Assembly: GCA_963724765.1 (NCBI GenBank)
Contig: CAVRVY010000003.1
Span: 1,280,001-1,344,000 of the forward strand
Reading direction: 5' to 3'
Source of the DNA: an uncultured delta proteobacterium
GTDB taxonomy: Bacteria > Desulfobacterota > Binatia > Binatales > Binataceae
Length of the DNA stretch: 64,000 nt
The notes under the pieces were generated by a model that worked only from the letters and a program-made list of their open reading frames with translations, was not told the origin of the DNA and searched no databases. Positions 9,260 to 19,050 of the stretch are shown here, one piece after another (the stretch's first letter is position 1; every line of letters starts with the position of its first letter). The translations under genes were made by a program, and so were the position numbers.

Positions 9260-9475
9260 TCATTTGCTGCGATCGACACCTTTGAGTGCGGCTTTGATAC
9301 CGTCAGGGCCGATCTTCTCTATAACGGCCTCGATATGGTTAATCCACTCGGCGTCCTGGCCAGGTTCATCTTCTGGCCCGTACTTGCCCTGCCTCAAGGC
9401 CAGAGACTTCGTTTCCAGCGCGTAGTAGATCTCGGACCAATCTTCTCGTGTCAGACTGATCATGCGGCCTTCCAT
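9260..9475 (-). CDS. Small hypothetical protein
   Basis: 71-aa ORF with RBS-like sequence (LTREDWSEIYYALE..); no family recognised. Confidence 0.5.
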   Translation of the reverse strand: MEGRMISLTREDWSEIYYALETKSLALRQGKYGPEDEPGQDAEWINHIEAVIEKIGPDGIKAALKGVDRSK

Positions 9476-9659
9476 TCTCCTGTCTTATCGGACTGAGTCA
9501 TCGTCCGATTCGCAGCGCGCACAGTAGGCAGATAGAGCACTCACCTGCTTGCACGTCGGCGGAATCCTAACAGACTGGGTAACTTACGTATATTCTTCCG
9601 CCGGTTAGAGCCCCACCCCGCGCCGGGTGAGGTCGGTGCCAGCGCCGCGGCGCTCTCGT

Positions 9660-12600
9660 TCACCAGGAATCGACGTGCGGGCGCTTTTTGCCCGTCCGCG
9701 GCGAGGGCGGGGGCGCCGAGCGCAGCCCCGTCAAAATCCAGCGGCGCGATTCGACTGGATCGATCACGTCGTCGAGCTCGAAATGCGAGGCGCTGTTGAG
9801 CGCCTTGCCCTGCTGGTACATCCGCGCCACCATCTCTTCGAACAGCTTCTTGCGCGCGGCCGGGTCGTTGACCGCCTCCAGCTCCTTGCGATAGCCGAGC
9901 TTGGCCGCGCCCTCTAATCCCATCCCGCCGAACTCGCCGGTCGGCCATGAGACCGTGAACATCGGGATCTTGAAGCTCCCCCCGGCCATCGCTTGCGCGC
10001 CGAGGCCGTAGCCCTTGCGCAGGACGATGGTGAAGAACGGCACACTGATGTTGGCGCCCACGATGAACATCCGGGCGGCATGGCGCACCAGTGCGGTCTT
10101 CTCGATCTCCGGCCCCACCATGATGCCGGGTGTGTCGCACAGGAAGAGCAGTGGCAGGTCGAACGCGTCGCACAGTTGCATGAAGCGAGCGGCCTTGTCG
10201 GCGCCGTCGCTGTCGATCGCGCCCGCCAGATGCGTCGGGTTGTTGGCGATCACGCCGAGCGGGCGCCCCTCGATCCTGATAAGCGCCGTCACCATCCCCA
10301 AGCCGAAGTGGCGGCGCAATTCGAGCACCGAGCCGGTGTCGGCGAGCGTCTCGATCACCGCGCGGACGTCGTAGATGCGCAGGCGATTCTCCGGGATGAT
10401 TCCGCGCAGCAGGCGCTGGTCGGCACATTCCCATCGGCCGACCGGGCCCTGGAAATACGAGAGATATTTTTTCGCGACGCGTACCGCTTCGGCCTCGTCG
10501 GCGACCGGAAGGTCGACCACGCCGTTGGCTACCTGCACGCTCATCGGCCCGATGTCCTCGGGGCGGAAGATGCCCAGGCCGCCGCCCTCGACCATCGCCG
10601 GACCGCCCATGCCGATGTTCGAGTTGGCGGTGGCGATGACCACGTCGCAGCATCCGAGCAGCGCCGCGTTGCCCGCGAAGCATCGGCCCGAGTTGATCCC
10701 GACCATCGGCACCAAGCCGCTCAGCTTGCCCCAGTAATGGAACGCCGGAACGTCGAGACCGGAGAGCCACAGCCCGTCGGTGTCGCCGGGGCGTCCGCCG
10801 CCGCCCTCGGTGAAGAACACCACGGGCAGGCGCAGCTGCGCGGCGATCTCGAACATGCGGTCCTTCTTACGATGGTTCTGCTGGCCCTGGGTGCCGGCGA
10901 GCACGGTGTAGTCGTAGGACATCGCGATGCACTGGGCGCGCGAGTCGTCGAACAGATCGCCGTTGACCCGGCCGATTCCGGCGACCAGTCCGTCGGCCGG
11001 CGTGTTTTTCATCAGGTCGTCAAGCGCGCGCCGCCGCCGCTGCGCCGCAAGCACCAGCGCGCCGTACTCGACGAAGGTTCCCGGGTCGCAAAGGTCCTCG
11101 ACGTTCTCGCGCGCGGTGCGCTGATGGGTTTTGCGCCGGCGCGCGACGGCCTCGGGCCGCGCGGCGTCGAGTCCGCTCGCGTGGCGCTCATACACCTCCG
11201 CGAGGTCGGGGCGGATGCGGTCGAGGTCGACCTTTTCGGCCTCGGCGGCCTCGACCGTTTCGACTTCGGCCTCTTCGATGAAAGCGAGCGGATGGCCCTC
11301 GAAGATCGCGTCGCGCTCGGCGACCGCGATTTGCCGCACGATGCCGCTCGTATGCGCGCGGATGACGTGCTCCATCTTCATCGCTTCCATCACGAATAGC
11401 TGCTGGCCCTCGCGCACCAGTTCGCCCTCGCGCACGTCGATCGAGACGATCGTTCCCTGCATCGGCGCGGCGACCGCGACCGTGTTTTCCGGGCCGGTGA
11501 TTTCGTGATGCGCAGCAGTATCGGTCTCGGTCGTCGCCGGCGTCGACGCCGGGGTCGAATTGACCGCGCTCTTGCCGTGGCTCAGCACCGCCAGCGGATC
11601 GATCGAATCGATTTTGGCCCCGGCTAATTGCCTCGTGCCGGGCGTGCGCTTGTTCTCGGCACGACGCGACGGCTTGGCCGCGCCGCCCGCCTCGGCGAAA
11701 AAGAGCTGGCGATGAGTGGAATTCGCGCCGGCGACCAACTCGGCGATATGCTCTTCGACGAAACGGGTGTAGAGCCGGTTCGCGGCGAAATCGGGATGCT
11801 GCAGCAGGCTCTGCAGAAATCCGATGTTGGTGGCGACGCCCTCGATCCGGAACTCGCTGAGCGCGCGATAGGCCCGCGTCACGGCCGCAGCGAAGTCCGC
11901 CGACGGCGAGTACGCGATGAGTTTGGCCAGCAACGAATCGAAGTTCGGATTGGTCGTGTAGCCGGCATAGGCGAACGAATCCACGCGCACGCCGGGCCCC
12001 GACGGCGCCTCGAATGCGGTCAGAGTCCCGCCCGAGGGCTTGGCAGTGCCTTCCGCGCCCATCGACTCCATGTTGATGCGCATCTGGATCGCGAAGCCGC
12101 GCGGCTTGGGGATATCGGCCTGGCGCACGCCAAGCTCGGTGAGCGTGCTTGCGCCCGCCAACTGCAATTGCAGTTTGACCAGGTCGATGCCGGTCACTTC
12201 CTCGGTCACAGTGTGCTCGACCTGAAGGCGGGGGTTGGCCTCGATGAAGGCGAACTCGGCGTCGTCGTGCCGCGCATCGGCGTCGAGCAGGAACTCGAAC
12301 GTGCCGAGGCTGTCGTAGCGGACCGCTTCGGCCATCTGCACGGCCGCCGCAGTGAGGCGGATGCGCAGGCGCTCGGGCAGGCCGGGGCTGGGCGCGATCT
12401 CGACGAGCTTCTGATTGCGCCGCTGGATGGTGCATTCGCGCTCCCAAAGTTGGCAGACGCTGCCGGAGCCATCGCCAGCGATTTGCACCTCCAGATGGCG
12501 CGCACGCGGCATCAGCCGTTCGACGTAAACGTCGGCGTTGCCGAAGGCCGTCCGCGCTTCGGACTGGCATCGCCGGTACGCCTCGTCCAGTTCGTCGACA

Positions 12601-13121
12601 CGATACACCGCGCGCATCCCGCGGCCGCCGCCGCCGGCGACCGCCTTGACCATCATCGCGCCGCCCTCGCCCAGCGACGCCAGAAATTCCCTGGCCTCGC
12701 TAAGACTGGTCGCACTCGCGGTGCCGAGCAGCAATGGCACTCCGACGCGCTCCGCCAACGCCCTGGCGCGCACCTTGTCGCCGAACAACTCCAGCACCTC
12801 CGGCCGCGGGCCAACGAACTTGATCCCTTCCTCGGCCGCGCGGCGGGCGAAGCCGGCGTTTTCGCTGAGGAAGCCGTAGCCGGGATGGATAGCGTCGCAT
12901 CCGGCCCCTTTCGCGATCGCCACGATTTGTTCGACGTCGAGATAGGCGGCGGCGCCGGCGCCGGCGAGCGCACGGGCCTCGTCGGCCTTGCGGGTATGGA
13001 GTGAGCGGGCGTCGTCCTCGGAAAAGACGGCCACCGTGCGGATACCAAGCTCGGCGGCGGCGCGCATGATGCGGATGGCGATCTCGCCTCGGTTGGCGAT
13101 CAGAAGACTGCGGGAAAGCAT
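9660..13121 (-). CDS. Single-chain biotin-dependent carboxylase (BC-BCCP-CT; long-chain acyl-CoA carboxylase type)
   Basis: LLIANRGEIA, HPGYGFLSEN, NPRLQVEH, biotin motif EAMKM, CT motifs GGGGRPGD and DTPGIMVG. Confidence 0.92.
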   Translation of the reverse strand: MLSRSLLIANRGEIAIRIMRAAAELGIRTVAVFSEDDARSLHTRKADEARALAGAGAAAYLDVEQIVAIAKGAGCDAIHPGYGFLSENAGFARRAAEEGIKFVGPRPEVLELFGDKVRARALAERVGVPLLLGTASATSLSEAREFLASLGEGGAMMVKAVAGGGGRGMRAVYRVDELDEAYRRCQSEARTAFGNADVYVERLMPRARHLEVQIAGDGSGSVCQLWERECTIQRRNQKLVEIAPSPGLPERLRIRLTAAAVQMAEAVRYDSLGTFEFLLDADARHDDAEFAFIEANPRLQVEHTVTEEVTGIDLVKLQLQLAGASTLTELGVRQADIPKPRGFAIQMRINMESMGAEGTAKPSGGTLTAFEAPSGPGVRVDSFAYAGYTTNPNFDSLLAKLIAYSPSADFAAAVTRAYRALSEFRIEGVATNIGFLQSLLQHPDFAANRLYTRFVEEHIAELVAGANSTHRQLFFAEAGGAAKPSRRAENKRTPGTRQLAGAKIDSIDPLAVLSHGKSAVNSTPASTPATTETDTAAHHEITGPENTVAVAAPMQGTIVSIDVREGELVREGQQLFVMEAMKMEHVIRAHTSGIVRQIAVAERDAIFEGHPLAFIEEAEVETVEAAEAEKVDLDRIRPDLAEVYERHASGLDAARPEAVARRRKTHQRTARENVEDLCDPGTFVEYGALVLAAQRRRRALDDLMKNTPADGLVAGIGRVNGDLFDDSRAQCIAMSYDYTVLAGTQGQQNHRKKDRMFEIAAQLRLPVVFFTEGGGGRPGDTDGLWLSGLDVPAFHYWGKLSGLVPMVGINSGRCFAGNAALLGCCDVVIATANSNIGMGGPAMVEGGGLGIFRPEDIGPMSVQVANGVVDLPVADEAEAVRVAKKYLSYFQGPVGRWECADQRLLRGIIPENRLRIYDVRAVIETLADTGSVLELRRHFGLGMVTALIRIEGRPLGVIANNPTHLAGAIDSDGADKAARFMQLCDAFDLPLLFLCDTPGIMVGPEIEKTALVRHAARMFIVGANISVPFFTIVLRKGYGLGAQAMAGGSFKIPMFTVSWPTGEFGGMGLEGAAKLGYRKELEAVNDPAARKKLFEEMVARMYQQGKALNSASHFELDDVIDPVESRRWILTGLRSAPPPSPRTGKKRPHVDSW

Positions 13122-13275
13122 GAGATCCGATGCGACTCCTCTTGCGCGCAATCTCTCGGTTAAATCATCGAATCCTCGCGTGATCCAGCACGCAAAACGA
13201 GCGGCCAACCGGGAAAACGCCCGAGAGCCGATCCTTCGTCCGATGTGGTAGCCTGCTCCGCGGGAGGAAAGTCCA

Positions 13276-13791
13276 ATGGATGCGCGATCACCCCTTCAAT
13301 ATCTCGGCGGCAGCCTGCAGCAGGTCGCGTTTGTGGTCAAGGACCTGACAGCGGGGATGGAGTTTTTCAAGCGCACGATGGGAGTTCCGCGTTTCTATGT
13401 GATCGAGGACTTCGGCCTGCACGCTCGCGACAAGACCTTCCGCGGCCGCCCGGCGGAGCAAAATTTCAAGCTCGCGCTCGCCTATTCCGGCGACACTCAA
13501 ATCGAGCTCATTCAGCACCTCTCCGGCGACACCTGCTACAAGGAACATCTGGAACGCAGGGGCGAGGGCCTCCACCATCTCGGATTTTTCCTTTACGACC
13601 CCCAGGCATATCAGCGCGCGCTGGACTCGCTCAACACCGCCGGCTATTCGCCTCTGATGAGCGGGCGGTTCGGCACCACACGCTACACCTATTTCGATAC
13701 CGAGGCGGCGATCGGTTCGATAATGGAGATCGTCTACCTCGATTCGGGCGGCAGGGATTTCATGGCAAAAATAAAAAGCGGTGATTTCTAG
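13276..13791 (+). CDS. VOC/glyoxalase family protein (methylmalonyl-CoA epimerase-like)
   Basis: QVAFVVKDL..QIELIQ..GEGLHHLG..IMEIV; GGAGG RBS. Confidence 0.85.
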   Translation: MDARSPLQYLGGSLQQVAFVVKDLTAGMEFFKRTMGVPRFYVIEDFGLHARDKTFRGRPAEQNFKLALAYSGDTQIELIQHLSGDTCYKEHLERRGEGLHHLGFFLYDPQAYQRALDSLNTAGYSPLMSGRFGTTRYTYFDTEAAIGSIMEIVYLDSGGRDFMAKIKSGDF

Positions 13792-14044
13792 CGCCTATCC
13801 GAAGGCGAGGAGCGAGGTAGTATCTCAATAGGACACCATCTGGAGCGCAAAAGCATGGACTTCGCTTCCTGAGCCGTGTACCCTGAGAATCACCGGTCAG
13901 AACGCCTTTCAGTTAACCTTCTTCGCCCGTGTGGTTTCTTGTTCGCGCGCTCTCCGGCCAACTGCCAAGGGAGAGCAGCGCCATGTTCACTGTACGCGAA
14001 TTGTCCACTATGGCGATTTCCGCCGCACCTTCCGGGCCAATTAG

Positions 14045-14962
14045 TTGAATAGCACAGGGGCCCTCCAGGGTCCGGTGGACCGGCCGTGGGAGTGGCCGTG
14101 GTGGCGCGCGCGCAACGAAGACTCGCTCGTGCTGCCGTGGTTCGTCTTGATTCACGTCACCGCGCTGGCCGGCTTGATCCTGTTTCCACTGCCCGGCTGG
14201 CGAGTTCTCTTGGGTTCGTTTTGCCTGGTATGGCTGGGCGGGATGGCCACCACGGTCTGCTATCATCGCGCGCTCGCGCATCGCGCCCTGCGGCTCAATC
14301 CGTGGCTGACATCGATATTGATTTTCTTCGCGGTATTTAATGGCTCCGGGACACCATTGAGCTGGGCGGCCGGCCATCGGCGCCATCACGCTTTCGCCGA
14401 TACCGAGAACGATATTTCGAGCCCCGTTAACGGCTTCTGGTGGGCGCACATGCGATGGCTGTGGCAGTGCGGCGAGCCGTCGGTCGGGCGCTTCTGTCCC
14501 GAGCTTGACCGCCCAATGTACCGATTCTGGTGGTACGTGCAGGGACCGATCCTGGCGGTGTCATATTTCTCTGGTTTGTATTTCGGCGCCTGCGCCTTTT
14601 TCTGGATGGGAGCGATTCGGCTGGTTTTCGCGCTCCACGCGCAATGTTTCGTCAACAGCGTCTGCCATACTGAACCCGGCATTTCGCCTGGTGAAGATTC
14701 CAGCCGCAACGTTACTTGGCTTGCGCTGATGCAGTTTTGCCAAGGCGAGAACTGGCATCGCAACCATCACGCGCGGCCAGGTATCGCGCGGCTGGGATGG
14801 AGCTGGCGGCAGCCCGACGTAGGCTACCTGGCGATTTGCCTGCTGGAGAAGATCGGCCTCGCAACCGACGTCCGGCACATACGCCAGGATAGTACCCGGG
14901 ATAATCCGCAAAGTATTCCGCAACATAGTCCGCAAAGTAGTCCGATAGCCGAATCCGCCTGA
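14045..14962 (+). CDS. Membrane fatty-acid (acyl-CoA) desaturase; the true start may lie upstream across a frameshift
   Basis: His boxes HRALAH, HRRHH and GENWHRNHH; hydrophobic segments. Confidence 0.88.
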   Translation: MNSTGALQGPVDRPWEWPWWRARNEDSLVLPWFVLIHVTALAGLILFPLPGWRVLLGSFCLVWLGGMATTVCYHRALAHRALRLNPWLTSILIFFAVFNGSGTPLSWAAGHRRHHAFADTENDISSPVNGFWWAHMRWLWQCGEPSVGRFCPELDRPMYRFWWYVQGPILAVSYFSGLYFGACAFFWMGAIRLVFALHAQCFVNSVCHTEPGISPGEDSSRNVTWLALMQFCQGENWHRNHHARPGIARLGWSWRQPDVGYLAICLLEKIGLATDVRHIRQDSTRDNPQSIPQHSPQSSPIAESA

Positions 14963-15050
14963 CGCGATTTTTGTCAAGCCGCCTGCGAATACTTCACTAT
15001 GCCGGCCACGCGCGTAATCGAAGCGGCACAGGCGCTAGCGCAAGGGACGG

Positions 15051-17057
15051 TCACCAGCGCATGGTTGGTTGAGGAGGGCCGGGGGGACCGATGAGCACGG
15101 CGGGTCTCCAGGTCTTCGGATCTTCCATCGTCTTCGCCGGCGGAGCGCCGCCAAGCGACATCCAGCGCGAACGATAAAATGCGGTAGCCGCCAGTTCGAC
15201 TCGCAGATGTCTATCGACCGGCGGCCCTGACACGCCGAGAGCTTCCCATGGAAGCGTGACCTGGGCGGTGACCCGTGGCCGATCGCTGATCTGATACACC
15301 GCGGTCGCCGATGGGACGGCGGTGCAAGTGTCATGATCCATGCGGCAGACTTCGATTTGCATCGTCACGCCGCTCTTTCTTCGAAACACTTTCGGCGGGA
15401 TGACAAAAAAAGCAAAGCGCCGCGCTCCCGCCCCCGCATCCACGCCGAAGTCGATCCGAAACGCTTCGCTGCGCGGAAATCCACCGTCATACGCAAGCAG
15501 ATGCGCATCGTAGTGATCCATGCTGATGGTGGCGACGTGCAGCCCCTGCCGGCTCCACGCCAGAAACAGATCTCCGAAAACAACTTCCGGCGAAGGCGCG
15601 GAAAGGCCCCTCACTAGCGCCTGATCCTTCGGCCAGCGCGCCAGCGAGATGGAGCCGGTATCGAGGTCAGCCTGGGGAATCTGAATCCGGGCATCTTCCT
15701 TTGCTGGCGTCGGTGGAGCCGCGCTTTGGTGGATGCCGACAAGGCTGCGGTTTGCCGCGGTCAAGGCGGCAACCAGTTCTTCATATGGCCGCCCGCTGGT
15801 GTCGACCAGGCCGAAGTCGTAGTTCTCGTGGTCTCCCGTGCGGCCGCCCTTGGGCTCATCGTAGTACTGGAACCAGTGAAGTCCGATGACCCCGGGCTCG
15901 AGCGCGAAGTTCCGCGCCGCATTGGCCGCGCCACGGGCGCGGTCCGCCTGCGTCGGCACGGTCATCAGGTAGCCATTGTTCAGATTCCCGGAACGGTTTT
16001 CCTGGGCGGCGAAATACCATTCGGAAACCAGCACGGGCTTGTTACCGGTCAACTGGCGCAGGCCCTCGAAATAGTAATGCGCAATCCATCCGTCCGGGCT
16101 GTCCACGTTGTAGTTAGTGGCGACAGCGTCGACGAAAGGTGTCATTGCCCGAACGGCATCCGGGTCGTAGTAGCTGGGAAGACGGTCGCCGAAAATGAGC
16201 GCCGTGGGATCCGCCGCGCGCAGTGCGCGATGGACGAGTTCGTAGTAACGGCGCGTCACGGCGGCGGTCCACTCTCGAACCATCTTGATCCCGTTTCCTC
16301 CCGGACGCAGCTGGGCGTGTGCGTCTGCGCTTTGGAGGAGTTCCTGAAAAGAGGAAACCCCGGCTGACACGGCAAAGTCGTCGGTGAACCGATGCCAATC
16401 GCCGCCGTAATGACGGCGGATGAGATCAACCAGGACTTGCTTCGTGTGGTTCGTTCCGCTCCGTTTGAGATAGTAACTGAACAGCGCACCGTTCCACCAT
16501 CCGACTTCGTTGTCGGAGAAATATCCTATACGGTAGGCATTCGCCTTGTAGGGAATGACCGCCTCTTTGGTCTGGGTCATCATCCGTTCTTCGACAGCCG
16601 GATCAAAAGGATCGGCCCAAAGAAACCGCGCTCTCCAACCGAGATCGAGGTCGGGAACGCTGGGGAGCGGCAGGTTCGGGGAGCTGAAGGAACTGGCGGT
16701 ATTGAATCCCCAGGCACTGATTTGCGCGGCCGTGCGGCGCGCCCACGCATCCGGGGCCTGGTATGGCGGGAGCCAGGCGTTTTTCTCACGGCTCCAGCTT
16801 AGCGGCGGAGTTAACTTGTCGGTAAGGCTGTTGACGCCGATGGAAAAAAATCGCTCGCCGCACGGATTCAGCAGCCAGGATACGCCATCGTGTGACTGAA
16901 GTTTCCATTGGCTCACGGAAGCTGAGCGCGGGGCGCAAGCCGCGCCGGCCAAGCGCGGCAGTATCGACAGAAAAACCATGACGGCGATCGCTATCGGGCG
17001 GCTGCGTCGAGAGCGTATCGTCGCCGCGCGATCGGCGAGAGGACTTGCATTAGACAT
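15051..17057 (-). CDS. Secreted glycoside hydrolase (beta-agarase/GH50-like clan A) with a C-terminal carbohydrate-binding-like domain
   Basis: Signal peptide; FFSIGVN, WGFNT, GYFSDNE, KPVLVSEW, GLHWFQYYD, ENYDFGLVD. Confidence 0.7.
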   Translation of the reverse strand: MSNASPLADRAATIRSRRSRPIAIAVMVFLSILPRLAGAACAPRSASVSQWKLQSHDGVSWLLNPCGERFFSIGVNSLTDKLTPPLSWSREKNAWLPPYQAPDAWARRTAAQISAWGFNTASSFSSPNLPLPSVPDLDLGWRARFLWADPFDPAVEERMMTQTKEAVIPYKANAYRIGYFSDNEVGWWNGALFSYYLKRSGTNHTKQVLVDLIRRHYGGDWHRFTDDFAVSAGVSSFQELLQSADAHAQLRPGGNGIKMVREWTAAVTRRYYELVHRALRAADPTALIFGDRLPSYYDPDAVRAMTPFVDAVATNYNVDSPDGWIAHYYFEGLRQLTGNKPVLVSEWYFAAQENRSGNLNNGYLMTVPTQADRARGAANAARNFALEPGVIGLHWFQYYDEPKGGRTGDHENYDFGLVDTSGRPYEELVAALTAANRSLVGIHQSAAPPTPAKEDARIQIPQADLDTGSISLARWPKDQALVRGLSAPSPEVVFGDLFLAWSRQGLHVATISMDHYDAHLLAYDGGFPRSEAFRIDFGVDAGAGARRFAFFVIPPKVFRRKSGVTMQIEVCRMDHDTCTAVPSATAVYQISDRPRVTAQVTLPWEALGVSGPPVDRHLRVELAATAFYRSRWMSLGGAPPAKTMEDPKTWRPAVLIGPPGPPQPTMRW

Positions 17058-17095
17058 ATCGCAATTCCAGAAAAGCGCGGGCTGAACCGCGGGTG

Positions 17096-18964
17096 CTATG
17101 ACTGGCTCGGGTACGGGTAGCCGTTCGCCAGTGCTTTATCCAGCTCGAAATCTTGTCTGTAGATATCCCTGAAGAACCGCACTTCGCCGTCCGGCTCGAC
17201 CACGACCGTAGTATAGATGATGAGTACCGGAATGGGCTTGTTGAGATTTACCTGCAACGTCTGATCGCCATTCATCGCGGCGTTTATTCTGTCCAAGGTC
17301 CATTCCGGCATGTCGCGTAGAACCCACGCTGCCAACCCGGCGGGGTTCTGCACGCGGATGCATCCGTGGCTGAAGTCGCGTCGTGCCTTCAGGAACAGCT
17401 CGGGCGCCGGTGTACTATGCAGGTATACGTTGTAGTGGTTCGGAAAGATGAACTTGACCAGCCCCAGCGCGTTCTTGGCTCCGGGTTTCTGCCGGATAGT
17501 CAGTGAGCCGGAGCGAAGCTTGCTGAGTACATCGTCGCTCACGGTGCCATCGGTCACAACCGTGCCGCTTGTGGTCGTTACTTCAAATCCATGATCCGCG
17601 AGATAATCGCGATCGCGCCGGATTTTAGGAACCAGCTCGGCGAACTGGATCGACATCGGGACTTGCCAATATGGGCGGAAAATGAGGTAGCGCATGTAAT
17701 CCGCGAACACGGGCGTCTGGTGTCCATAGGCCTTTCCGATGATCACTCGCATCGACAAAAACGGCGCGGGCTGCCGGCGCATCGTGCGCAGCCTGAACTC
17801 GGGGAGATTGACGAGGATCGGCGGCTGCGGAAAGCCGGGCGGGATCCATCGATAGCGCTCCAGCGCGTACTGAAGTTGTGCGACCCGCTGACCGAGCGGC
17901 ACATTGAGCTGCGCGAGCGTCTCCTTGCCGAGCACGCCGTCGGGCTGCAGGCCGTGGCGCTTCTGAAAGTGCTTCACGCCGTCGACCATGGCGCCCCGAT
18001 AGACAGTCGCGTCGGCGGGCGCGATGGGGTCGGCGGGCGCGATGGGGTCGGCAGGCCCAGCAGGGTTGGACGGAAGATCGCCAAGCTCCCGCAAACGCGC
18101 GGTCAGCGGCGCGATTCCTGAATAGGTATCGCCGGGATGCACGGATTTGGCCGGCAACGGTAACTGCGCGCCGTCCCCCTGACCGGCCAGCTTCACGTAC
18201 GCCGCAAGCGCGGTCTCCGCCCGCCCATAGCCTTCGTAGTCCGGTTCGACGTGCGCGACCAGGGCCGCAACGTTCGGGGCCTGGATCACCTGGTCGCGCA
18301 GGAACTCGGCCAGATCGTATTTGTTGAATCCCACGTCGATGCTGAAACTGGAATGCTGCGGGTTGACCCTACCGTCACGCAGGGCGGAGAGATAGCGCGC
18401 CGCGCAAACGGTAAGCGCCAGATCGAAGTGCACCAGGTCGGTGTCGGCCGGATGCGGCTTCGCCGGAGCGAGTGCGGCCAGGCGGCTGTCCCATCGCGAG
18501 GCATCGTAGTCGTCCGGGTTGAGGCCCTTTAGCGAAGCCTGTTTGATGAGCTGGATCATCGCCTGCGCCTGCGCGGTCGGCTGACCGTCGCGACTCCACG
18601 CCAGCGTGTTTCCGCCCGAGGCGTAGAATTTTGCCACGTCGGACTGCGTGTCGCTGAAGTTCGGCCAGCGCAGGTCGGGCAGTTGTCCCGCGGCGATCAG
18701 CGCGCCCAGTTCGCCCTTCGCTTGGGGCGCCAGGCCTGTCGAGGCCTGGGGTGCAGGACCTGCCGAGGGCGGGCGCGCAGGAGTTGCCGACGCTTGCGGC
18801 GCAGCAGTTGCCGAGGCCTGCGCGGCAGCGGTAGGTGATCCGTCAGCGGCCAGGGCGGCGCTCGAGGCGAGGCCACCGAAAAGTGCGAAGAGGAGCGGCG
18901 TCAGCAGGAGGAGCGACAGACGAATCGGTTCGCGGGTGGTCTTGTGATTACACGTCTCCGCCAT
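17096..18964 (-). CDS. L,D-transpeptidase (YcbB/LdtD-like) with a peptidoglycan-binding domain
   Basis: FQKRHGL..DGVLG, VNLPEF, NALGLVKF.FPN..YLHSTP..FSHGCIRV. Confidence 0.9.
   Translation of the reverse strand: MAETCNHKTTREPIRLSLLLLTPLLFALFGGLASSAALAADGSPTAAAQASATAAPQASATPARPPSAGPAPQASTGLAPQAKGELGALIAAGQLPDLRWPNFSDTQSDVAKFYASGGNTLAWSRDGQPTAQAQAMIQLIKQASLKGLNPDDYDASRWDSRLAALAPAKPHPADTDLVHFDLALTVCAARYLSALRDGRVNPQHSSFSIDVGFNKYDLAEFLRDQVIQAPNVAALVAHVEPDYEGYGRAETALAAYVKLAGQGDGAQLPLPAKSVHPGDTYSGIAPLTARLRELGDLPSNPAGPADPIAPADPIAPADATVYRGAMVDGVKHFQKRHGLQPDGVLGKETLAQLNVPLGQRVAQLQYALERYRWIPPGFPQPPILVNLPEFRLRTMRRQPAPFLSMRVIIGKAYGHQTPVFADYMRYLIFRPYWQVPMSIQFAELVPKIRRDRDYLADHGFEVTTTSGTVVTDGTVSDDVLSKLRSGSLTIRQKPGAKNALGLVKFIFPNHYNVYLHSTPAPELFLKARRDFSHGCIRVQNPAGLAAWVLRDMPEWTLDRINAAMNGDQTLQVNLNKPIPVLIIYTTVVVEPDGEVRFFRDIYRQDFELDKALANGYPYPSQS
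18011..18056. repeat. 18-bp in-frame tandem repeat encoding PADPIA in a linker
   Basis: gtcggcgggcgcgatggg x2 plus a partial copy. Confidence 0.85.
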
Positions 18965-19050
18965 TAGCTACTAAGAATATCCTTTATGTACGTATTCTTG
19001 ACGATAAGCAGTTGAATATGCTGATTGACTGACCGCAGACTTGCAAAACA

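Noticed and set aside
9565-9612. ctaac...gttag resembling an integron attC site
   Set aside because: Too short, no internal L-box symmetry, and no integron integrase in the window.
9541-13004. Long alternative-frame ORFs over the carboxylase (likewise 36723-38642 and 52691-54289)
   Set aside because: Shadow ORFs of high-GC coding sequence; no recognisable motifs.
14046-14048. TGA as a selenocysteine codon, given selC in the window
   Set aside because: The desaturase continues in a different frame; I found no in-frame UGA selenoprotein in this window.
14880-14960. Degenerate 12-bp repeats at the desaturase 3' end (NPQS/IPQH/SPQS)
   Set aside because: Low-complexity C-terminal tail with no sign of a separate function.
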